From Chrysochromulina tobinii (Eukaryota): a DNA stretch of 39,502 bases. Shown piece after piece: positions 25,701-36,300 of this stretch. The DNA lies in the NCBI GenBank assembly GCA_001275005.1, contig JWZX01003165.1:1-39502 (forward strand). Direction: 5' to 3'. The translations under genes were made by a program, and so were the position numbers. Numbering within the stretch: position 1 is the stretch's first letter; each line of letters starts with the position of its first letter. Below the pieces are notes generated by a model. The model made no database searches. It worked only from the letters and a program-made list of their open reading frames with translations, and was not told where the DNA came from.

Positions 25701-25914
25701 TCAGCCGCGCCTCGCCCGTCGCGTCCTCCTCCTCCGCCGATGCGCCCGCACCGGCGGAGCTCTTCGCGAGCTTCGCCTTTTTGAAGGAAGCTTGCATTGG
25801 CTGCTGAGCCATCGCCGTCAGCGACTCCGACGGGCGACGGATGTTGGGCAGGTCATAGTCGTACAGCTCCTCGATGTTGAAAGCGTACAGCGGCGCCGAC
25901 CCCTCCTGCGCCAT
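13791..25914 (-). CDS. Axonemal inner-arm dynein heavy chain (DNAH6-like, ~4008 aa); one intron and two apparent +1 frameshifts (~24284, ~20336)
   Basis: P-loops GPAGTGKTET, GLTLTGKT, GETGTGKS and GVGGSGRSSL; CFDEFNRI; FPRFYFLSNDELLEILS; stalk coiled coil; C-terminal YECPFYKT..HSTN. The subfamily call is from recall of the sequence, not from an alignment. Confidence 0.93.
24534..24628 (-). other. Spliceosomal intron (95 nt) with CT(A/G)ATG-type internal repeats
   Basis: AAGCC|GTGAGT ... TTGGCAG|GTACTTC; gives RPFKPYFHSG. Confidence 0.85.
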
Positions 25915-26304
25915 GGGCGCAGCACAAAGAGGTACCTTTCGCCAACGGAGACGAGAGTAGAGCGCCGTTGTGGTCATATCGAAACGTCCGATGCCTGCCT
26001 TATCTTTCACTGAGATGCTTTCACTTGGTAAGGGCCGGGGCTTCTGAACAAGACATGATAGCAACAACTCACATGACCCGCCATGGTCTCACGACGCACG
26101 AAATCCGGAACAACACAGGCGAGGTACAAAGCGGAACAGCACTCGTTAACGCACTTGCGGCTATGTGGTGCCCTCTCTGGCACACAACACGACAGCTCCC
26201 ATCTGACGCCTGGTATGTATATACTCCATCTCAAACCGATCGCAAGTGCGAGTTGACAAGATGCACAAGAAGCTCGATCTGCCCACGATCTGTCATTGGT
26301 ATCA

Positions 26305-27872
26305 TCAGTCGCAGCAGCACGAGGCAATCGGTTCGCAGTCGCTCGTCCGCACAGGGCACTTGTGCACGTCGCCCCCGGGCGCCGCGCAGCATTCGCCTCC
26401 CATTTGGATACAGTTGGCCTGCGCGAGGGCACGGATGCCCGGCAGCGACTTCGGGATGTCGCACACGCCGTTTTCCCACACGCAGCCGTGCACTGCGCCG
26501 TACTGTTTGCAGCTGCCCTCGCTCGTGTACGACTCGCCCGAGCCGGAGCAGCACGTCTGTCCCGGGCTGCACGTCGCGTCCGCATGGTAGCAGCAGTTGC
26601 CGGGCGTCGGGCCGGGCTTGGGGGGGGCGGGGGGGCCCGGGGCAGCGACTTCGGGATGTCGCACACGCCGTTTTCCCACACGCAGCCGTGCACTGCGCCA
26701 TACTGTTTGCAGCTGCCCTCGCTCGTGTACGACTCGCCCGAGCCGGAGCAGCACGTCTGTCCCGGGCTGCACGTCGCGTCCGCATGGTAGCAGCAGTTGC
26801 CGGGCGTCGGGCCGGGCTTGGGGGGGGGCGGCGCGGGCGCCCCGCACGGCCCCACCGCCATTGCTGCCGCGTGCATGAGGCCGACAAGGCCCGGCTGCTG
26901 CATGCAAATCGCGAGCCCCGCGCGGCCGAACTGCGACTCGACGTGGTTGTTGTCGAGCGCGCAGAACCAGTCGTCGCTCTCCGTTTTCGCGACCGCCCAC
27001 TTCGAGTGGTCCACCTGGGTGGCATGCACGTCAGGCGGTTCTTCGCCTGGAAGCTGAATGGTCAAGATGTCCGTCACGTTGTAGCCCTCACCAGGCGGTA
27101 CGCAGTAGCCGCCAATGACGCCGCCAGTATTGAGCCACGACTGCGACCACAGGTCCGTCTTGAGCGCGGGCGCGGTGATCAAGTCGAGCATGTCGATCTC
27201 CGCCGCGCTCGCCTTCCCCTGCAGGTGAAGCGTCGCCCACCCGACGTCGATCGTCGTGACTGTCGTGCCCGGTAGTTTCTGCTCCGCGGCGACGGCGTTA
27301 ATGTTGGGCCAGCTCGTGATGTCCAGGCGCTTGTCGTACACCTGCGGGTACGCGTACTGCATCACCAGGGCGATCTCGTTGAGCATCTTGGGCGTGAGCG
27401 ACATGCAGAACGCGTGCTGCCCGTAATACGTCTGGCCGTCGCCGTACTGGTAGCCTGCCTTGACGTACTCGGGGAAGTCGGGGACGCTGTGCTGGACGAA
27501 GAAGGCCGAGGTCTCGTCGAAGGCGAAGAAGCCCTTGGAGTGCCCGTGGGATGAGCTCGATCCCCCGCCGTCGGGCAACTGGTCGTTGTAGAAGACGTAG
27601 TTGGTGACCGAGCCATCGTAGACGCCGGCGAGCTGCAGCCCAAACAGCGACGACGTCTGGAAGACGGTGTGCGCGCCGACGGTCCATGAAGTGGGCGAGG
27701 CAGAGGTGCTGTACACGTACGTGGAGCCGGTGCAGTCGCCGATGCATGTTTTATGGCTCGCGTCCGTCCAGCGCGGATGCTTGTAGAGAAACCACCAGTC
27801 GACGGCTTCGCCGGCTTCGTTGACGCAGCCGAGCTTGGCGGAAATGGCGAGGACGGGCAGAAGCAGTGCCAT
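26305..27872 (-). CDS. Secreted deoxyribonuclease II with a duplicated Cys-rich C-terminal module; apparent frameshift in a G-run at ~26620-26640
   Basis: Signal peptide; GCVNEAGEAVDWWFLYKHP; two HxK motifs (GHSKG and DHSKWAV); QHSVPDFP; YGQHAFC. Confidence 0.85.
26441..26828. repeat. Near-identical tandem duplication (200-nt period) encoding the Cys-rich module
   Basis: GGCAGCGACTTCGGG begins at both 26441 and 26641; the copies are almost identical. Confidence 0.95.
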
Positions 27873-28388
27873 CCGTGGCGGCAGCAGCAGCAATGGCAGG
27901 AACACCCACAGGAAGCGCCCTCGAGGGAGCGAACGGAGCGAGGCACAGAGAGGAGGCCTTCGATGCCTCGAGAATGAGATCCGAAGCAGACCGGAGTCGC
28001 CGCTGTAACACTCTGTGAACGTTGAGCCGTGAATGCCGACGGCTTTTGGCTCCAATGCTGGAAGTGACCCGAGAGAGCGAGTGCAATTGTACTAAGTACT
28101 CCTTGCAATCTCCTTGTCAGTATTTAGAGTGCTGACCGAAGTGTGCGGAGCCGTCTTTTACTTTTTTTTTGAAACGTGTTGCGAGCGAAGGTGGAGGGAC
28201 AGCGACGAAACTGGACAATGTTTGACTGTTCACTGTTGAGAGCGCGAACGGAATAGAGCGCAGCGGCGGCGCTCCCTCCGGGACCGCGACGAAACTGACG
28301 GACTTCCGTAGTGACGTTTCGCGGTTCACGGGTCGCTCTTCTGTGCTCGCACTTCCTGTCTCGCGAAATTCGCTTCGGAGTGACGACC

Positions 28389-30150
28389 ATGCGCGAGACA
28401 GAGTGGGCGTGCCGTCCGTCGGACCTCACACCCCCACGCACGTCTCCACTTGCATCGACATACACACTCGTGGTCGCGGCTTATGAGTTCACGCCACCGA
28501 GCAAGGAGCGGAGCGAAACGCTGGGCTTCATCTTCCCGAAAGTGGCCGGGGGGTTCGCGATCCACGCAGATCTACCTGCACTGTCAGTCGCGCATCGAAC
28601 ACTGCAGAGTGCCCGTCGACTTGCTCGAGTGCGACGCCATCATAGGCTGCAGCCTGCACAAGCTGCGAAACGTCGGCCGGGAGACACACATCTACGTGCA
28701 CCATCTCAGCTCCTTGCATCTGGTGAATACCTCGCTTCCGACGATGACCTTCTTCACCCAGGAGAACGAGCTCTCCGATCTCGACAAATACTTGCTCGAC
28801 GCGATCGACGGCGTGCTCGATCCGAGCATATGGTTTGTGGGAAGCCAGTCATACGCTTGCTACGGAGGGGCAGGTTGCGGCTACGGAGGTACACGCAACT
28901 TCTGCTGGTCACCCCAAGACCTTGCGCCCGCGATGAACAAGATCTTTTCGATTCTTAACCGCACCTGCCCCAGTGCGCCGTTTGCGTGTGGGCTCCGTGG
29001 GGCTTTCGGCGTGCATCGCGTCGCCATCCTCCGCCACTCGCGAGAGACCTACGGCGCGATGCTTGCGATCACTGAGGACACGCTGCCAGGCCCACCGCTC
29101 CAGGGCTGCAGCAGGAAAGGCTCGAGAAGCAAAAAGTACGGGGATGCTGTGCGCAAAGAAGGAGCGGCGACTTGGTACGGTCATGCGTTTGAACGCATGT
29201 GGCCGTCTATCTTTGGCGCGGGAACCACGGATGTGCGTTGCACCACCGATCCAGATACTATCCTGGACGGGCCACCCTATTTCCCCCCGGTCGTCTGCCG
29301 GAATGCGCAGCTGCGCGACCCTACAGAACGCGCGCTCATGCAGTTGCGTGCTGCCCAGGCGCTGGTCCCGATCGAGGTGGAGAGCCGCTTTGCGAAAGCT
29401 GTGCACAAGGCGCTCAACTCGCCGAGCTCGCGCGTGCCCGAGGGTGCGATCATGGTAAGCGTGGCCAACGAGCAGCATCGCCAGCTACGAGGGGTTGCAT
29501 TTACTGGAGTCGGATCGAGGAATCAGTCGAACTGCTTGCTCGATCGCTTCGTCTCGCTTTGCTTTGGGTTCGAAGACAGCATCGGAAGTTGTGTGTCTGC
29601 CCAGCCAATTGTTGCCGCCGGCGGGCCCTCCCCCTACTACCACAGGTTGGCGTGGACGAAGTGGCACGTGCTTCGTATCGCCTCGAGCTTAGCGACGCAC
29701 GTTTTCTTCATGGACGCGGACGTTGTTCTGTTTGAGAACCCGTGGCCTGCACTCATTGCGGCCGCCAAAAATGTGCTCGGGTACGATGTACTCTTCCAAG
29801 TGGTGGGATTAGGTCGCTCCTGTGCCGTCAGCTGCCCCGATACGACGGGGCCTTCCTTTGTTGGCCACAGCAGCAACGTGTGCTCACGAAAGTTCATCAT
29901 GCCGAGAAGCGGAATGCATCGGTGTTGCCCTACGAATGGCAGCCAGCTGCTGGTGGCCCGAAATAGCGGCCTGGTCCGGCGCGTACTGCAATTCCAGCCC
30001 TGCTTTCGTGCAGGATCAGTCAGGCTGCCCCTCGACCAGAACATCAGCCATGTCGTGCGCTCTCATAACTTCCAGAACCTGCAGACGTGTAAGCTGCCCA
30101 CCACATTCGCAAGCCACTCTGAGAAGGCAATTTTGTTCTTATGGACATAA
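28389..30150 (+). CDS. DUF3431-like domain fused to a nucleotide-diphospho-sugar transferase (GT77-like, DxD); likely +1 frameshift at the G6 run 28548-28553
   Basis: LVVAAY, NVGRETHIYVHH..LPTMTFFTQ and GAFGVHR..GHAFERMWPSIFG; then LAWTKW..VFFMDADVVLFENPW. Confidence 0.6.
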
Positions 30151-30352
30151 AAGTTCGCGGGCTCTGGGGTGTTAACAGCCGAGCGAGCGAGTACCTTAGT
30201 TCTTGTTTGCTATTGACTGTTAACAGCCTTCTTTCACACCGCGTTCTCTTGCTTCTGTGAACACGCACGACCACGCGCTTCAGCTCCACGCGCTGGAGAC
30301 TCACCTTGACTTCACGCGCAAGCGGTACTCACCTTGACTTCACCGCAAACGA

Positions 30353-33300
30353 ATGGCGGACAAGGTGCAGCGCCTCCGCCAGTATGAGTACCGCGCCAAC
30401 TCCAACCTCGTGCTCACCTCGGAGACGGCGCGGGTGCGCAACGACGAGCCGTCGGGCGAGCCCACGTCGCTCAAGGAGCACCTCGAGGGCACGCGCTTCG
30501 GCGACCGCGTGTACCACTCGAAGCCGGACCTCGAGGGTGCGGGCAAGAAGCGACGCTCAGAGAAGGGCGTGATCGAAGTCAAGCGCTCAAAAAAGGACAC
30601 GGAGACGGTGCTTGGCCTCACCGATGACATCGACTCCTACCGGCCGCGCTCAAAGGAGACGCGCAGCGCGTACGAGGACCTGCTCTCGACGATCTCGCAG
30701 CAGCTGGGCGACCAGCCGCACGACATCCTGCGCGGCGCGGCCGACGAGGTGCTCGCGTGCCTCAAGAACGACTCGCTCACCGACCCAGAGCGCAAGGTCG
30801 AGGTGGAGAAGCTGATCAACCACCTGGGCTCCGAAGCCTTCGCATCACTCGTGCAGGTGGGCAAGCGCATCACCGACTACATGCAGTACGAGGGCATGGC
30901 GGGGAACGAGAAGCTCGACGACGAGCTCGGCGTTGCCGTCGTCTTCGACGGCGGCGATGACGACGACGACCCGTCGGCGAGGCGCGACGATGCCGACGAT
31001 CTGGTCGACGTTGATGTCTCCGATGACGATGCGGATGACGTGGGCGTCGATGCGGCGGCGCCTCGGCAGCTGGCGCGCGGCGACGAGGTGGCGGGCGCCG
31101 ACGGCGACGGCGACGAGCTGCCCATCGGCTCCATCGACGCCTACTGGCTGCAGCGTGAGTGCGGCAAGTACTTTGGCGATCCGTTGGTGGCGCAGCGCAC
31201 AGCCGTGGACGTTCTGACGACGTTGATGCTTCCGGACGAGCGTGAGTGTGAGAACCGGCTGGTACGTGGCTGGTGGTGGATGGCCTTGATGATGATGATG
31301 GCCTCGGAGTGCCTCTGACGGCCTCGTCGATGGCCTCGTTGATGGCCTCGTTGATGGCCTCGCTGATGGCTTCGTTGATGGCGTGCCTCCTCAGGTGGTG
31401 CTGCTCGACTACGACAAGTTCGAGTTCATCCGGCTGCTGCTCAAGCACCGCTGGAAGATTGGGTGCTGCACACGCCTCGCGCAAGCGCAGTCGGAGGCCG
31501 AGCGCGCGCGCCTGCTCGCCGAGTTCGACACACACGAGGCGACAGCCGCGGTCGTCCACGAGCTTGCGAGCGCGCGCACGCAGACCGAGGAGATATTCAC
31601 CCAGACGAAGCAGCTCGAGGCGCGTGTGCGCAAGGAGACCGCCGAGCTGTCGCGGATGCGCGCCCAGGCCGAGGGTGCCGGCGCCGCCGCCGCAGATCTC
31701 CTCGCAGCGATGCCCGAGCCCACCAAGGCGCGCGTCGGCACGACGGTGCTCGACCTGGACGCGCTCGCCTTCGAACAGGGAGGCCACCTGATGGCGAATA
31801 AAAAGTGCGCGCTGCCGGCGGGCTCGGTGCGCACCCAGCGCAAGGGGTACGAGGAGGTTCACATCCCCGCGCTCAAGCCGAAACCGTTCTTGGAGGGGGA
31901 GGCACTCGTGCCGATCGATTCGCTTCCCGAGTGGGCGCAGCCCGCGTTCGCGGGCATGCGCACGCTCAACCGGGTGCAGTCGCGCGTGTGCAAGTGCGCG
32001 CTGTACTCGGCCGAGAACATGCTCATCTGCGCGCCCACCGGCGCGGGCAAGACGAACGTCGCGATGCTCACCATGCTCCATGAGATTGGCATGCATCGCT
32101 CGCCGACGACGGGCGCCGTGCTGCTCGACGCGTTCAAGATCGTGTACGTGGCGCCCATGAAGGCCCTCGTGCAGGAGATGGTGACCAATTTTGGCAAGCG
32201 GCTCGAGGCGTTCGGGATCACGGTGCGCGAGCTCACCGGAGATCAGCAGCTGACGAAGCAGCAGATCGCCGAGACGCAGCTGATCATCACGACGCCCGAG
32301 AAGTGGGACATCATCACACGAAAGAGCGGCGACCGTACATACACGCAGCTGGTGCGCCTGATCATCATCGACGAAATCCACCTGCTCCACGACCACCGCG
32401 GGCCGGTGCTCGAGTCGATCGTCGCGCGCACGATCCGGCAGGTGGAGACGACGCAGGAGATGACGCGCGTCATCGGCCTCTCCGCCACCCTCCCAAATTA
32501 CGAGGATGTCGCGGCTTTCCTGCGCGTCGAGCCGAGCAAAGGGCTCTTCCACTTCGACAACTCGTACCGCCCCGTGCCGCTTCAGCAGCAGTATATTGGG
32601 ATCACCGAGAAGAAGGCCATCCGCCGATTCCAGCTCATGAACGAGATTGTGTACGTTGAGTGCCTCTGATGACCGCTGAGTGTGCCACTGATGACCGCTG
32701 AGTGTGCCACTCATGACCGCTGAGGAGCTCTGATTGCGCCCATCATCATGTTCAGGTACGAAAAGTGCCACGCCCAGGCCGGCAAGAACCAGGTGCTCGT
32801 CTTCGTGCACTCACGCAAGGAGTGCGCCAAGACAGCGAAGGCCATCCGCGATACCGCGCTGCAGCACGACACGCTCGTCGACTTTCTGCGCGAAGACTCC
32901 GCCTCGCGCGAGATCTTGCAGACCGAAGCCGAAGCGACCAAGAATCGCGAGCTGGCCGACCTGCTGCCGTATGGCTTCGCGATCCACCACGCGGGCATGA
33001 CGCGCGTCGATCGGACGTTGGTCGAAGACCTCTTTGCCGATGGGCACATCCAGGTGCTCGTCTCGGCGCCCTGAGTGCTCGTCTCGGCGCCCTGAGTGCT
33101 CGTCTCGGCGCCTTGAGTGCTCGTCTCGGCGCCCTGAGTGCTCGTCTCGGCGCCCTGAGTGCCCTCCCTCATCTGAAGGCCGAAACCGATGGCCTCCCTC
33201 ATCAGGTGCTCGTCTCGACGGCCACGCTCGCATGGGGAGTCAACCTGCCCGCGCACACGGTGATCATCAAGGGGACTCAGGTGTACGATCCCGAAAAAGG

Positions 33301-36300
33301 CAAGTGGACGGAGCTCTCGATGATGGACGTGATGCAGATGCTCGGGCGGGCGGGCCGGCCCGGCTTCATGGGACGTGCCGACGAGCACGGCGAGGGGATC
33401 ATCCTGACGCAGCACTCGGAGCTCCAGTACTACCTGTCGCTCCTCAATCAGCAGCTGCCCATCGAGTCGCAGTACGTGACGAAACTTGCCGACAATCTCA
33501 ACGCCGAGGTGGTGCTCGGCACGGTGCAGACGGCCGCCGAGGGCGTCGCGTGGCTTGGGTATACGTACCTCTTCGTGCGCATGCTGCGCAACCCTTCGCT
33601 CTACGGCGCGTCCGAAGCGGAGCGGGAGAGCGATCCGTTACTCGAGCAGCGGCGCATCGACCTCATCCACTCGGCCGCGACGCTGCTCGACAAGTGCGGG
33701 CTGCTGCGCTCTGATGGCCCTTGATGACCCTTGATGACCCTTGATGACCCTTGATGACCCTTGATGACCCTTGATGACCCTTGATGACCCTTGATGACCC
33801 TTGATTACGTCCGAGTGCCCCTCTCATCAGGTGCGGGCTGCTGCGCTACGAGCGCAAGAGCGGCCAGCTGCAGCCAACGGACCTGGGGCGCGTGGCGGCG
33901 TACTACTACGTGCCCCACAAGACGATCTCGGTGTACAATGAGTATCTCAAGCCGACACTGAGCGACATTGAGCTGCTCCGCCTCTTCGCGCTCTCGACCG
34001 ACTTTGCGAACATCACCGTGCGCGAGGAGGAGAAGCAGGAGCTTGCGCGCCTGATCGAGCGCGTGCCTGTACCGGTCAAAGAGCACGTGGACGAGCCCAC
34101 TGCGAAGACGAACATCCTTCTGCAGGCGTACATCTCGCAGCTCAAGCTCGAGGGCTTCTCCCTCCTCTCCGACATGGTGTACGTGACGCAGTCGGCTGCG
34201 CGCCTGATGCGCTGCCTGCACGAGATAGTGCTCAAGCGCGGATGGGCCTCCCTTGCGGATCGCGTGCTCAGCTTCTGCAAGATGATCGATCGGCGCATGT
34301 GGCTCGCGCAGACGCCGCTTCGCCAATTCAAGGGCATCCCGGAGGACATCATCAGGAAGATTGAGAAGAAAGACTTTCCGTGGGAGCGATTCTATGATCT
34401 CCAGCCGCAGGAGATCGGCGAGCTCGTGCGCTTTCCTAAAATGGGCAAGATGATCCACCGGTTCGTCCATCAGTTCCCGCGCCTCGAGCTGCAGGCGCAC
34501 GTGCAGCCCATCACGCGCACCGTGCTCCGTGTCGAGCTCACCCTCACCCCCGACTTCCAATTCGATCCCAAGGTCCACGGCCATGCAGAGGCCTTCCACG
34601 TGCTCGTGGAGGACGTCGATCAAGAGCACATCCTGCACACGGAGACCTTTTTATTAAAGGCCAAGTTTGCTGAGGACGATCACACTCTCTCGTTCACAGT
34701 TCCGATTGCCGACCCGCTGCCGCCTCAGTACTACATTCGGGTCGTCTCCGATAGGTGGCTTGGGTCCGAGACCACCTTGCCGGTCTCCTTCCGCCAGCTC
34801 ATCCTACCCGATAAGTTCCCGCCACACACGGAGCTGCTCGACCTGCAGCCGCTGCCCGTCTCGGCGCTCGAGAAGCAGTCGAGATTGTACGCCAACGCCT
34901 TCACGCACTTCAACCCGATCCAGACGCAGACCTTCTCAACGCTCTTCCACACCGACGAGAATTGCCTCGTCGGCGCACCGAGCGGCTCGGGCAAGACCGT
35001 GTGCGCCGAGTTCGCCATCCTGCACATGCTCATGACGAAACCCGATGGACGGTGCGTCTACCTCGCCCCCCTCGCCGCCATCGCGGAGGAGAGGCATGCG
35101 GACTGGACGAAGCGCTTCGGGGCGCTCGGCTGCACAGTCGAGATGCTCACGGGCGAGACGGCGATGGACCTCAAGCTGCTCGAGAAGGCCACGATCCTGA
35201 TCGCGACCCCGCAGCAATGGGACCATCTCTCGCGCCGCTGGAAGCAGCGCAAGAACGTGCAGACGGTCGCGCTGCTGCTGTGCGACGAGCTCCACCTCAT
35301 CGGGGGCGAGCCCGGGCCCGTGCTCGAGATTGTGATCTCGCGCATGCGCTACGTTTCGTCACAGACCGAGTCGGGGCTGCGCATCGTGGCGCTCGCGAGC
35401 TCCCTCGCGAGCGCCAAGGACCTCGGAGAGTGGCTCGGCTGCCCTTCAGCGGCGATCTTCAACTTCCATTCGAATGTGCGCCCAGTGCCCCTAGAGCTCC
35501 ACATCCACGGCCTCGACATCGCCCACGTGCCCTCGCGCCTGCTGGCCATGGGCAAGCCCGCGTACTATGCGATCGTCAACCACGCCCAGGAGCGCCCCGT
35601 GCTGCTCTTTGTACCCACCGCCAAGCAGACGCAGCTCACCGCCATCGACCTGCTCACCTACGCAACGGCCGAGGGCAAGCCGCGACGCTTCCTGCATGCC
35701 GAGCCGCAAGACATGGCGCCCTTCGTGGCCAAGATCAAGGACGCGGCGCTCTCTCACACGCTCGGGTACGGCCTTGGCTTCTTACACGAGGGTCTCTCTC
35801 ACGACGAGATCGCGGCTGTGAAAGCACTCTACGCTACCGGGGCGGTCCAGGTGCTCGTGGTCGTCTACACCCTTTGCTGGTCGCTCTCGCTGCCGGCGCA
35901 CCTCACGATCATCATGGACACTCAGCACTTCGACGGCGCAGAGCACCGGTACGTGGACTACCCCATCACCTCCATTCTGCAGATGATGGGGCGCGCGTGC
36001 CGGCCGTTAGTGGACGACGTGGGCCGCTGCGTGCTGCTCTGCCACGCGTCCAAGAAAGCGTTCTATCGCAAGTTCTTGTACGAGCCTCTGCCGGTCGAGT
36101 CGCACCTCGATCACTACCTCGCGAACCACTTGTGCGCCGAGACGGTCACCAAGACGATCGAGTCGAAGCAGGACGCGGTCGATTACCTCACGTGGACTTT
36201 CATGTACCGACGACTCACGCAGAATCCCAATTACTACAATCTTCAAGGGACGAGTCACCGCCACCTGTCCGACCACCTGTCCGAGCTCGTCGAGACGACG

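Noticed and set aside
30299..30345. Duplicated ACTCACCTTGACTTCAC upstream of the Brr2 start
   Set aside because: The 17-nt duplication is real, but no function is supportable; at most it is another local duplication.
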